From contig JAHLWZ010000868.1 in the NCBI GenBank assembly GCA_020536535.1, positions 1 through 64,000 on the forward strand: a stretch of DNA of 64,000 bases, in the 5' to 3' direction. This document shows, piece by piece, positions 22,984 through 34,900 of the stretch. How positions within the stretch are numbered: position 1 is the first letter of the stretch; each line of letters begins with the position of its first letter. A program made the position numbers and the translations under genes. Under the pieces are notes generated by a model. That model was not told the origin of the DNA and ran no database searches. It was given only the letters and a program-made list of their open reading frames with translations. The stretch comes from Pelomyxa schiedti. Lineage: Eukaryota; Protista; Evosea.

Positions 22984-24210
22984 TTAATCCTCTGTTTTTT
23001 TTTCTTGAGGACATGACATATCTGGGGTTACTGTGGAAGTAGTGGATAGAGTATTTGTGTTTTGGCCAGACCGTTCAGCCTCCTGAACAGAACTTTGGGG
23101 TGCAGTGTTTGTGTTTGTTGTGCTTGTGCATGTGCTTTGGTCAGTGGAGTGTGCTTCGCTTGTTGTGGTGCTTTCTGAGTGTTGAGTGGTTGTGGTGAGT
23201 GGGCTTGACAGGGAAGTGGTGAACTCTGGTAGTGCCGTATCACCGGCCAACAGAGCCGTCCTGTGGAACATTGAAAATTGAGAAAGTTGGGCAGATAGTT
23301 GCTCAGGACATACCATTTGAGTGCATTTTCGATGTTCTTTCCAAATTTACTCACCCCGTCAGCCGGGAACTCCAAATTTCCAGATAGAAGTGACTCTTTC
23401 ATGGATTCTAGAAATTGCCTGTTCTCGTGGATCGCCTGCTGTAGCTTCTCTTCAACTTCTGGAGTAACATTGTTCTCTGTGTTTGCTTCGGCTTGCTGTG
23501 TCCTACTTGGGGACAAATCAATGAGAGCGGGGTTTAGCAGTGGCTTGGTCACAGGCCGTGCGCATATTGTGGTGGGTGCCGTCGATTCAGCGGCAGTCTC
23601 AGTAACTGTGCTCACGGAGGGTGGGGTATTTGTGTCTTGCGCTGGTACATAGTTAACGGGGACGGGGGAGGACGCGAGCAAAGACTCAAGCACCTTCAAG
23701 TCATGAAGGAATTGCAACCGCTGATGATGACCCATTTTAGAGATCTATTTTCTTGACATGGCACAAATGGGGATACATACAGTTTCGGCCCCACTACCGT
23801 GCAAGGACGCAATGTCGCTCTGCAGCTCACGGTGATTCTTCTCAAACTGGAAAACATTGAGATATGCAGAAGTGCTTGTACAAACCTCCTTCCGATCTCG
23901 CATTGATGAAGAAAGAGCCTTGTCAAGTTGTTGGCCTTCCTGTATACAGTTAGGAAATAAACAGGATGTAGATGATGTAACAGGTACCATAATTTTGACC
24001 CTATTTGCTACTTGCTGAGGAGTTTTATTCGGAAGAAGTGCAGCTATCTTTAAGTAACGAGTAGTATCAACAAAGCTGTTTGCTGGGTATCTGTTCCCAT
24101 GAATTCGAGTATTGATGCTCATAGACTTCATTACCGAATAATAGCCTGCTCCAGAGTATTCAATTCCTCCTCAGTCCAATTGTAAGGGTTTGTGGTGGCT
24201 GCCAGAAAAA

Positions 24211-24258
<48 letters not shown>

Positions 24259-24882
24259 CAGAGCCAAAGAAATAAAAAAAAGGAAGTACCCCATACATTG
24301 CTGTGAGGGGTGGGATGACATTGGATTAGAAATAGAACTTCTGCAGATACTTGTACTGGGCGCAGCACTTGGAGACTGAGAGTGGGCAGTTAAACAAGTG
24401 GAAGGTGGTGGACTTGGAGATGTCACTTCGTCCTTCTGATCAGGAGAATGTTGTGGGGGTGACTGAGAGGGTGTTGCTAAAAATGATGACGGATGCTGGG
24501 GAAGATGCGGCGATCGGTGCATTATGGGACGTGCACTGACTTGATCACTTGGTTCTTCTCCCAGCGTCGCAAGAACGAGGGCCGTGGTTACCTACGTAGG
24601 TGGTTTTACCTATTTTTAGATCTTTTTTTAGGCGAATGTGTTTATCAAAACTGAACATGCTCAGTGATAAACAATCGCACTGAAGTGGTGAGAAAACAAA
24701 AAATAAGGTTTTACCTTTGTGTGGTGGACAACCTCTGAAAAAGACCTGTCTGGGAGCCTCGACGCAATACCACACAAGTCGTCAGGAAACTCTTTCAATG
24801 CGTCTATAAATGCAACGTGTTCCTCTAGTGTCCAGGGTCTAGAGTGTCGTAAGTTGGAAACAAACAGTGGACTTGCAGACAT
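22984..24882 (-). CDS. Protein with two SANT/Myb-like domains
   Basis: PWTLEEHVAFIDALKEF...IASRLPDRSFSEV and NWTEEELNTLEQAI...IAALLPNKTPQQVANR. Confidence 0.82.
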
Positions 24883-24910
24883 ACATAAAGGTTGTAGTAG
24901 ATTGCTTTCT

Positions 24911-24965
24911 TTATCTTATCTTATTTTATTTTATTTTATTTTATTTTATTTTATTTTATATTATT
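24911..24965 (+). repeat. (TTTTA)n microsatellite upstream of the Myb gene
   Basis: ttatcttatcttattttattttattttattttattttattttatattatt. Confidence 0.9.
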
Positions 24966-25358
24966 TTTTTGCGGTTATGATGTTTCAGGTGCGGGTATTG
25001 CATGGCATTAGATTTCGATCACGCACAAGAAACAACCCACAGGGTAACTAACAACAAAAAACTCAGTGGGCAAACACCTTGTGTCATCGTACTGTGATTT
25101 TTCAAAATTGTTGAGTTGTGCCTAGGAGTTTCTTATTCCCACACAAACCACATTAAGGAAACCCTATCCCATACTGCAAACGCACCACCATTTGTTGTGA
25201 TGGGTCCATGCATTGAGCACTTAATTACAAGCCGAAATCCACGCGATGCGAAAAAAATAACAAAAAGTTTATATTTTTTTGGAATGTTACTTAGCGCGTT
25301 TATGAGTATCAGCGTTGATCTACAGCGGAAAAGTCGCACTGTTTTTTCGTGCTTGTTG

Positions 25359-28300
25359 CTATGTCTTCTTTGGTCTTCTCGTTCCCGTGGATTTCGCTTT
25401 GTTTTGCCCTTTATTTCCAAAAACAAATGGTGCTGCTAAGGATGCGTGAGCAGTGTGCTAGTATAAGGAAAAGAAATCAACCTGAGTCAGTAGTAGAACC
25501 AAACTTGGGAGCAGAAGGTGCATCTGAGCTGAATCCGGTTGTCCCAAACACTGGCATAGTGCTACCAAATAAGGGTGCTGCTGGTGTTGTTGCGGTTGTG
25601 GTTGAAGTTCCAAATGTTGGAGAAAGAGAGGGTGTTGTGAAGGCAGTAGAAGTAACCGAGGAACCCCCAAATAGTGGGGAGGTTGTGGTGCTCCCAAGTG
25701 ATGAGAAGGGAGAAAACCCAGTGGAAGGGGTAAAGCCAAAAGTGCTGGGGGGAGGTGGTGCCGGTTTTTCTGTTTTGCTTTCCGGTAAGGTAGGTGATGC
25801 AGAGTCGGGTTTACCAAAAATGCATGGTACGGTTGGTGCTGGAGAGAAAATGGATTTGGTAGGGTTCCCTGTTGTAGAGGGAAGCCCAAAGAGCGGTGGT
25901 GGCGAAGATACATTATCTCCAGTCTTATCGTCGGATTTCTTGCTCTCACTGCCCTTAGAGGATGGAAGGTCAATAGGGACTTGAGAGGGCTGAGTCAAAA
26001 CTGGCGAAGGTGCGTGTATTACGCTAGCCTTCGAGGAATCTGTGACAGTTGTAGCAGGGCTATCTCCGCGGGTTATTGGCTGTGTGGATGGGAGTGGGCC
26101 AAAAATGGTGCTTGGAGACCCAAAAACACTTGCCGGAGGAGGCACTGTTTTCTGTTCGAATAAGGTGCTGACTGAATTTGCTGGAGGAGATTTTGAAGTG
26201 GTTTCTGTGCTGGTGCTTTTGGGTTTCTCGCTTTCAGGTTTCTGTTTGATAATAGGTGGGGAGAAAGGTCTTGTTTCAGTTGGTACTGCTAAACTATCAA
26301 CGGCGGTATTTGAAACAAGAGTAGAAGCATTTGAAAGAGTAGAGTCTGGCAGAAAAGAGGTGACCTTGGTCGTTGTTTTTTCATTTGCAGGTACTTTTTG
26401 AGGCTGCATGAACTCATTTGCTAGCTGTATCGTAGGTTTGGGTTCAGTGGCCAACGCATTGTGTGGTTTTGGACATTGAGGTGGCGGGGAGGGTTCAACT
26501 CTCGAGGCATGCGACTCCAACTGAGGTAATGAGACTGTCTCGCGTTCTGGCAACTTCTTACTAATAATTTCTGGTGGCTGGTTGGCAAAGGCCGGGGTAG
26601 ATGCCGTCTTAACCGAGGAAGGGAATGATGTGGTAGTGGATGTTGATGCTGCTGGGTCAAATGGAGTGAATAACAAACCCAGAGACCCAGGTGGATTGGT
26701 GCTGGTTGGTAATGACGATAATTTTGAATTGGTAACCTGGGAGATTGGTGTTAACGTTGTGGAAGGAATGTTTGAGGAGGAGGAAACTGAGGTGCAAGAA
26801 AGTGAGGCGGGTTGACGTTTTTTGGCCGGCTCGGTTGCCACGTTCTGGATCTTAAGCTCCTGTGTGCAGCTTTGTGTGGTTTTGCTCGAGTCAACCTTGG
26901 AATTGTGATTCTCTGTCTGGTTTTCAGACATTATTTGCGTGTAGATTTCTTTCTGGGTTACAGCATGGCCTTTTTGAGCTTGCTCGGAAGGGGGTATAAT
27001 GGGACATGAAGTGGAGGTCTCATCTCGGGGTTTCTTGGTGATAACATCTGGTTTATTGATGACTTCTTCCTTGTTTCTTCCAATTTCCTTCTGAAATCGG
27101 GATTCAGGTGCTTTCGCAGAAGAGGTGGAAATAGGTTCAGGCAGTTCAGGTGTTGGGGGTATTTTGACTACTTCCATGTGGGGGCAAAAGGACCGTTCGT
27201 TGAGTTTAGGTGCCCTTTTAATGGACGAGAGGAGCTCTGCACTGGTGGTAGCGGTTGTGTATTGACCTTCAGAAGCCACAATAGCACTGGACATACTACT
27301 GTCGGCCCACATACTTTTGATTCGGGGAGATGTGGATAGACCGCCAACAATATTTCGAGTATACTGCCTGGGTCCACTCCGCATGGAGGTGTGAGTGCCA
27401 GTGCGTGCAATCTTACTGGGATTTGGGTTGGTGTATAAATTAGATGTATTTGGAGTCTTGTTGCCAGAAAGCTGCAGCTTGGAGACTGATGTAGCTGCAC
27501 TTTCAACAGATTTTGATAGGGGTGTGGAGTACTGCAGCCATAATGATGTATCCTGGGAGTATTTTGTGAACAAACCGTTTGGAGTTAGATTGGTGGCAGT
27601 ACTCACTTTTTTGGATTGTTCTCGAATAAGAGCCGCAGTTGCTGAGGATAAAGGAATATGTGTACTATCTATTTCTGCTCTGTTCCTTCTTTTTGTTGGC
27701 TGAGAGAAGGATTAGAATGCACAGTATTGACAACATAATATTTAATCTGAAGGAGTAAATGAATCACCGGTGTAGAAATATCACTGGGAGACTGGCGAGG
27801 AGAGGCAGCACGCTTATCCACATTTGTACTTGGTGATAATTGGGATTGTGGCTGTTGAATATAGGGTGAAAAAGTTTTCCCTTGTGATGCCTGTCCGCTG
27901 ACTGGCAAGGGTGTGCGGTAGCCCAGACTCTGTCCTGGCGCAATTTCTGGCTTGCTGTTTACGTTCACATCAGGGGAAAGACGATGAGCAGGCGTCATCG
28001 TCACAGGCGGGTGAACTGCAGGCGGTGGCATAATAATAGCATCAATCGGCAGTGTAGTTGTCCTTCCAAACTGCGTAGCCCCACTGCCCGCCAGCTCATA
28101 CGAAGACGACGACAATGCCAGAGATGGTGGGGAGAAAGCCGGGGTGAGTGCCAGTGAGGGTGCCGTCAGCCTTCTCAGCGACGAATCCAGCATGCCGGGC
28201 GTAGGAGTGTGCGGGGGAAGCAGCCCCATTGGTGTCTGTTGTGTCTGTGCCTGTACCTGCGCCCGCGGCTGCGGCGGCTCGAACGGAGGCTGCTGGTGCA

Positions 28301-28698
28301 GCAGAGCCCCCGGGAGAGCGGGAGTCGGGGCCGGCGCGGGAGTCGGCGGGTACGCCAGCGAGGGCGAGGGCGACGGCGACGGCCTCACGGTCCTCGCGCT
28401 GGCCTCTCTGAGAATGGACTCCACCTCGTCGTGGCTCATGCTCTGCGGCAGCCTCCCCAGTATCGCGCTGACCACGCACGCCCCGCCCCCTCCTCCCCCT
28501 CCTCCGCCTCCGCCGTCTCCCCCGGCCCCGCCCCCTCCTTCGTCCAGGGATCCCCCCCCGCGGCCCTGCAGCGGCGGGGGCAGGGACTCGTGCCGGTCCG
28601 CGTGGTGCTTGTGGCTGCTGCTGCTGCAGCTGCGGTGGTGCGTGTGGCTGTGATGCGTGCTCGCGCTCCTGCTTCGGTGGTGCTGCTGCTCCTGCTCC

Positions 28699-28761
<63 letters not shown>

Positions 28762-28965
28762 GGTGTCGGTCGCTGGAGGTAGTCCTCGGTCGGGGTGATG
28801 GGGTCTTGCGGCGGTGGGTTGCTTGGTCCGCCGAGGAGTTTGGAGAGAAGATTGCCTATCTGCACGACGAAAGGAAAGGGTCATTGGCGTCTGACAGGGC
28901 TGGTTTTTGTTTTGCGCGTGTACTACGACATAAAATTTTGTTGTAGGTGCGCGTGGTTATACCAT
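25359..28965 (-). CDS. FG-repeat nucleoporin, Nup153/Nup1-like (nuclear basket)
   Basis: An ATG-only first coding exon (ATG|GTATAA...TGCAG) gives M|IGNLLSKLLGG. Long S/T/P-rich body with C-terminal VFG/IFG/LFG/TFG repeats. Last exon APFVFGNKGQNKAKSTGTRRPKKT (basic tail). Confidence 0.72.
28682..28760 (-). repeat. Coding CAA/CAG poly-glutamine tract
   Basis: About 22 Q followed by EQEQQH in the nucleoporin N-terminal region. Confidence 0.9.
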
Positions 28966-29385
28966 GATATTCGCGTCACTGCGATCGCTATGCGGCACTG
29001 TGTGTACTTGACGCGAAAAGAATAATAATTTTCCTTTCACGACAGTTTTCATCAGATCGCTGAGGTTCCATTCTAGGATTGCCTCTCTACAAGCCCTACC
29101 TAGGGTGTAGAACTAGAAGAGAGTCGCCAACAAGCGAGAGTGGTTGTAAACCGGATGAGAGAAGCACCTCAAATGTCCCCCTGAAGAATGTTGAATTTTC
29201 GCCTGATGGGAAGGAAGCGATGTACGGTTCAGTCTTCCTCGTAATCGAGTATTCCTTAATTTCACATGTGGACAAAAAGCCCTTCCGTGGGGGACCGATG
29301 CGTCCGTGAGCTTCGCACTCATCACTCACTAAATGTTTTGGTACGAAAAAAATTATCGTGCTCCTTGTTTCTTTCCCTCTTTGCT

Positions 29386-31035
29386 TCAGCTGTGGCTGTG
29401 GGAGCCAACAAAGACTTCCATAAATTGGAAGTCTGGATACTGAAATGAAATTTGGAGAATAGGCACTCCAGAGGGTGCATCTAGGATAGAAAGCTGGGAG
29501 GAGAGGGGATGTGGAGAAAAGGTGAACAGTAGGTCACAACACGAAAGAACCGCATCACAAGGTGACTCACTCATTGTTATTGTCCTCAGTGGGTCTGAGG
29601 GATTGCCACAGTCCCAAATTGAATAGCATGTCTGTTGCCACACACAAAACAGTGAGGCATTCACTTGGGTCAATCCACTAACTTCACCTGCCAGAATAGT
29701 TGCCCTTCCACCTGAATCCACAAGAAGAACAGCATCTGAGAAGCAGCCTCCAGCCTCAACATAGAGCCGCACTGCAAAAGCATTTTCTTCATCACAACCA
29801 CTGTTCTTTCTCTTCAAAGCTATTGCCTGTGGTTCGCTCCACATTTGCACTTTCCTGAAGTAGGAAATGTCAGACTCGGTGGTGCTCAATACCACAATGG
29901 ATTTTGCTTTGTATGACGCAGGCAGATCAATCTCAGTGAATTCCAAGGTCTTTGTTAATTCACTGCAGCACAGAATCACAGCTCTGTTTGGGATTGAGCT
30001 GTTTGCAATCACCGTGGTGCTGTTGTCAGCGAAAGCAGAAGGAAGATAGAAAGTTGCCTCTGTGGTGGATGGAGAGGGTTCAGAGAGATCCGCAATGTTG
30101 AAAGTGAGTGCACCCTCCTGGGAAAAACCCCATCCACAAAACCACTTGCCATTGAAGAGAGATTTCCTATCAAAAGCCGTCTCGTCATGCACTATCCACA
30201 AATCATCCCACAAAAACGGCTTGACCGCATTCCCCCTGCCGTAGCCGCACCAAGACTCTCTGTCCAAGGAAAGCTGGCATTCGTCCTTCGCATCGTACAG
30301 CACGCACCTCGACGGCCCAAGCCAGCACAAAACACCCTCGGGCTCGTCCGAAATCACCACCTTGCCCACCACTCCCAGAAGCCAAGGCGAGACCCACGCC
30401 GTCAGCGCGGTGCAGGGCTCCTCGTCCGCCCTGGACTTGCTGGGGTAGAACAGCAGGCGGACCCAGGTGGCCGCGGCGCCGGGCGGCTCGGCCGCGGTCC
30501 ACAGCGACCACATGTAGCGCCGCAGCTGGCCGTCGCGGGTCGCGGGGCGCGCGGCGCTGCAGCGGCCGCACCGCTCGTTGGACGACGCCGCGAGCGCTAC
30601 GAACTGGTCGCTGGCGTCCAGGCCCCCGGCGACGCGGGCCCCGCGGCACGCGGGCTCGCGTGCGACGACTACTGCGGATGTGGAGGGGGGCCTCCCCGAT
30701 GACTCGCACGGCGGCGGCGCCACCGCTGCGGTAGCTGCTACTGCGGCGCCTGTCGACGGCGTGGTGGCCAGCGACGACGAGCCGGCCGGGGCCTGTGCGG
30801 GGAGCGAGGTGGGGCTCCGCGGAAGCTGGGCATCTAGAGTCGAGGCAGACCCATGCGCAGAGGCGGCAGGAGCAGCAGGGCATGTTGGGGGAGTCGCGGG
30901 GTGGCAGTGGGTCCTGTGGTAGCGCCAGTGGGCAAGCTGGCAGTCGCTGTCGCAGTACCACGCCCCCTTGCATGTAGAGCACCGGAGGCTGGCAGTCTTC
31001 CCGCACTGGTAGCACGTGTGGGCAGTCGCGTCCAT
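29386..31035 (-). CDS. Intronless zf-MYND protein with large C-terminal domain of unknown function
   Basis: CYQCGKTASLRCSTCKGAWYCDSDCQLAHWRYHRTHC in a single uninterrupted ORF. Confidence 0.85.
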   Translation of the reverse strand: MDATAHTCYQCGKTASLRCSTCKGAWYCDSDCQLAHWRYHRTHCHPATPPTCPAAPAASAHGSASTLDAQLPRSPTSLPAQAPAGSSSLATTPSTGAAVAATAAVAPPPCESSGRPPSTSAVVVAREPACRGARVAGGLDASDQFVALAASSNERCGRCSAARPATRDGQLRRYMWSLWTAAEPPGAAATWVRLLFYPSKSRADEEPCTALTAWVSPWLLGVVGKVVISDEPEGVLCWLGPSRCVLYDAKDECQLSLDRESWCGYGRGNAVKPFLWDDLWIVHDETAFDRKSLFNGKWFCGWGFSQEGALTFNIADLSEPSPSTTEATFYLPSAFADNSTTVIANSSIPNRAVILCCSELTKTLEFTEIDLPASYKAKSIVVLSTTESDISYFRKVQMWSEPQAIALKRKNSGCDEENAFAVRLYVEAGGCFSDAVLLVDSGGRATILAGEVSGLTQVNASLFCVWQQTCYSIWDCGNPSDPLRTITMSESPCDAVLSCCDLLFTFSPHPLSSQLSILDAPSGVPILQISFQYPDFQFMEVFVGSHSHS

Positions 31036-31287
31036 CAGGACGGTCTTGCTCGAATTCGCCTTTTCAGGGAAAAGAAAATTGCCGTAGCATCTGATGGTGT
31101 CTTGAACCAAAAAAGGGATTGGTGATGGGTGTTTTTATTAGGATACACCTTTGGCTTATTACACAACACAGAGGATGAAACAGCAAAGTGCAGGGGGGTG
31201 GGTCATCAGGTCAGGCCATTGATCAGGTCCCTTCGCGATCTAACTCGGATTGCAATGGGGGTCCGGCCAGGCTACAAGGAGTAGGAG

Positions 31288-34200
31288 TTATTTTTGTGAG
31301 GTATGTTGTGTGGTTTGGGGTGAGGTAATAAAGGTTTGGAGGGAACGTACCCGGTAGACAATGGGTGGTTTTGGCTTTCTGGTCTGGAAGCCAAGTGAGT
31401 TTGAGTTAGGAGGAGGGGATGAAACCTTGACGGTTCGGGCTACTTTCTTGGTAGGCTTCGTTACCTGTATGTCTGAGATTGGCCAAAGTCTCTTGAGAAG
31501 AAGTACCTTGGCTTCCAAATCTTCTGTGTTGGTAGGTGCGTTTCGCTTCTTGGGAGCTTTCCTCTTCTGACGTTGTGTCTTTGGCTTACCCTTCCTTGTG
31601 CGTTTGTGTCTATGGCCATCTTCACTAGAGCTACTTTCACTAGAGCTACTTTCCCCAGAGCTTCCACTGCTACTGCTGCTGCCACTGCTACTACTGCTTG
31701 AATACTTGGCAGGTTTCTTCGGTTTTTCTTTCTTCACCTTGGGAACCGTGGAGGAGGCTGGAAGTACAGTGGATTGTACTTGGTCTTGGGGAGGTCCTTC
31801 CCCTTCAACGGGACACAGCTCAGCCTCTAATGCAATGTTCTCATGCTCCTCTTTTTGAACTTCACCTTGCGCGGCTTCTCCGATAACTTCACTGGCAATA
31901 GCATGCTCACTTTCTTTCTGTTTAGAGCCTGGGTGGTTATCTGGAGCCGGTTTGTTTGCGTCCGTAATGACTGTTGCATTCTTAGGTTTATCTTTCTCCT
32001 TCACTTTTTCTCGTGGGTGCTTTTTACTGGACTGTTCTTTGTGATCTTTTTTACTTGCACAAGTGCCTATTTTAAAGGAGCGAGATACTTTCTCGTGTGC
32101 CTCTGGGGTTGTTTGCACCTGAGGTGTACCCAGTAGTTTCTCTTGTAAGTGCTACAAAGAGTTAAACGTATTTCAGGAGACTGGCGTTCACCATCCATTG
32201 CTTGAAAAGTGGTTCATAGTCGACAGCAGCACGCAGGAGGTTATTTTCTACTTCTAGTTTCTTAATTTTTGAATCAAGATCGGAAACTTGTTGCCTATGC
32301 GCTCCCAGAAGTTTTTTATATTTATCTAGGTGAAAACTCAGTTAGGATGAAAAGAAAAGGAGTACAACTTTCAGTGGCTGAAAGTCTGTGCTTGTACACC
32401 ATTTCTGTCATTTCAAATTGTTTGCGGTACAAAGCCATCTAAAATGACAAGTTCACAACTGCAAACTTACTCGTGCCTTACCTGCTGAGCAACAGAAGTC
32501 GCAAACAATCTCTCGTTCTCTGCTAGCAATTCAGCCGTATCTTGGGAAACTTCAGCACGCACAACCCACTCCACACTGCGTGCATCTACGGCACTCAGTG
32601 TCCGCTTGAGTAATTCTATTTCACGTGCTTGTCTAGAATCTGTTTCACAAAATATGTGAAAAATACAACAAGTTTTTGGTTACTTGTGGATCCTTCATCA
32701 AGAACCGGTTCTTCATTCTCATTGTTTAACTTCAATGGCCGGCGTATTGTATCAACGCGAGCGGCAGTTTTTAATTGCATAGCTAAAGCTGCAAATTCTA
32801 AAACCTGGTGCAGGGTCAAATACAATATTAGCTCATTCTGTCCTACATATTTCGTCTCCTTGTAGTCTTTTGGACTTGGGTTAGCGTTCACTATCATTGT
32901 CTATTTGCAGTTAGATGAGATGATTTCAAGGTACAATGAAGAAACCGCTTTTGCACGCTGGGTGGAGGTTAGTGTGAACGAATCCCGCAGCAATCGTGTG
33001 ATCATGCTTTCCCGCCAAGGAACATTCTCCTTTTGAGGGTGAGGGGAGGGAGGTATGTGGGGGAATACCTGTCTCATTGGGTTCTGTTGGTTATGGCGCA
33101 AGTTTTTAATTACACGGCCAAAAACGGTAAGAGATTTGTTAATTTTTAGTGTCTCTGCCAGTCTGTCACCTCTAGTGCGAATGAGATTATTAATGGACCA
33201 ACAGGGCATACTCATTATTTGTCCTTGCCAACCTTTCCGACCCAGCAAAATCGACAACTTTAATTGTACCGGATCTGCCGAACTTAATACAAAATTTATT
33301 GGCATGTAATACCTGTCTCCTTGTACTAACTTGATGGTAAGCAAACTGTGGCTGCGAGAGGAGTTTCTAAGAAAGAGATTAGATGTCGTTGCAGAATTGC
33401 AAAAGAAACTGATTAAGCTTTGTCTCAGCAGCTTGGCGTCTGCTTTGGCCTTTGAAGAGAATCTCTTGTGCTTCCTGTGACAATTAAAGGATGTAAACTT
33501 GATCAGAGGAGGCCACACCTTTCTTGACTCCACCTTGATTTCTCTCACACCCTCAACAAAAGAATGATTTTCAGCATCCCGCAGTTTGAGAGGCGTACGT
33601 GATGTAATATTTTCAGAAAACAGGTCAAATATTTCCTTATCAGTAACTTCCACAAGGCTCAATATCACAGAGTACTTCAATGGAGCTGTTTTTTTTTTTT
33701 GAGTAAAGTCAAAGAAATAAAAAGGAGCAACACTACCAGACGAGGAAGCAGAATTGTTTGCACTCTTTTCCACAGCTTGGAATAAATGGTCAATAAACCT
33801 ATTAAAGTTAGGCTTTAAAATCGAGTTGGTTGTAAACCTGGGGATCATCCCTGGGCTCTCTCTCGATCCAAAGAGTGTGAAAGTTTTCCCAGCGTTTGTG
33901 ATTCCATAGGCAAAAAGCAAACTGCTCTTCCATGAAAGCAAATTTTCTACTTGAGGAACACCAACTGCAGAGAATATTTGCTCTTGGGTTGTGACCTCTG
34001 GGAAGACATGTGTAAAAACAAATGTTGTCACATCAGGTGCGGCTTGGTTTGTTGCCTGTTCCTGTCCACCAAAATCAGTTTTAACAGGTGAGTCAAGAGA
34101 CAGACTGGTGGTTGTCGGAGTTGGCATGTTGTGTCATTGCAACAAATCATAGTGCGCTCAGTTGATTGTTCCACAGGTTTTATCCTCAAATATGTCTGAA

Positions 34201-34523
34201 TGGTTTGATTTATATGACGTGACTACGAACAGGAGAAGAGGCAACAACATACTTGCATTACTTCGTCGTCCAGGTGGAGTGCTTCAGCATTACCCGGATC
34301 AAACAAAATTTTCTTCAAGCTCCTACCTTACAATTAGCTGCAAAACTACGTGGGCACACAAAAACCAAGAACAGTACCCCAGTTTTTCTGAACGAGGTGC
34401 CACTTTTTTTGCACTGTGCGGTGTCCGTAACACATGAGCAGCGGCCTTGTGCCTATCACTCGCAAAATCACTAGCGGCTGTTGTAGTCGTAGTAGTAGTC
34501 GTGGTTGACGATGCAGCGGCCAT
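31288..34523 (-). CDS. Kinesin motor, kinesin-6 (MKLP/KIF20/23)-like, with coiled coil and low-complexity tail
   Basis: FVFTHVF, LLFAYGITNAGKT (kinesin-6-type P-loop), LNQ|NSSRSH, VVDFAGSER, INKSL, VPWRESMITRLL, MIVNANP. Confidence 0.9.
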
Positions 34524-34900
34524 GAGATGCACTCGTAAAGGGCCGCAGTGGTGACGATGATATTGAGATCACAATGTGTGTGTGGCCGTATAACCGTGGT
34601 CAAGAATATTTAGACCCAGGACACCGACTTGCTGCTGCACGTTCTCGATTGAGAGGTTTTTCCGCAAAGAAAGGGGATTCAGAGTTGCAAGCTGAATGTG
34701 AGGTACTTAGTTTGTTCAAGAGAAGGAGCAAGAGGGTGAGTCCACAATCACCATCAACCGAGATTGTAGATGAAATGTTCGAAGACCAGAACAGGGATTC
34801 TGCCCGCAAATATTCCCCTTCGTGTTAAACCGAAAAATAAAAATCAGGCATCGTAAGCCGGCTTGCGTGCGGTGTTGGATCTTTCAACGACAGCAAACAA

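Noticed and set aside
24590-24720. Repeated AG|GTAAAACC inside the first Myb intron, suggesting recursive splicing
   Set aside because: A single ~120-nt intron explains the frame, and a short repeat like this can arise by chance.
31195-31285. U1 snRNA-like words on the minus strand (CCATTGCAATCC, GATCGCGAAGG)
   Set aside because: They are in the reverse order to U1, both are imperfect, there is no ACTTACCTG 5' end or Sm site, and they lie in the kinesin 3' UTR.
31621-31665. 15-nt tandem repeats (TTCACTAGAGCTACT) resembling a mini-array
   Set aside because: They encode Ser/Glu-rich repeats in the kinesin tail and have no spacers, so this is not CRISPR.
34574-34828. 84-aa ORF between the divergent kinesin and Rab genes
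   Set aside because: No motifs or introns, and it occupies the expected shared promoter.
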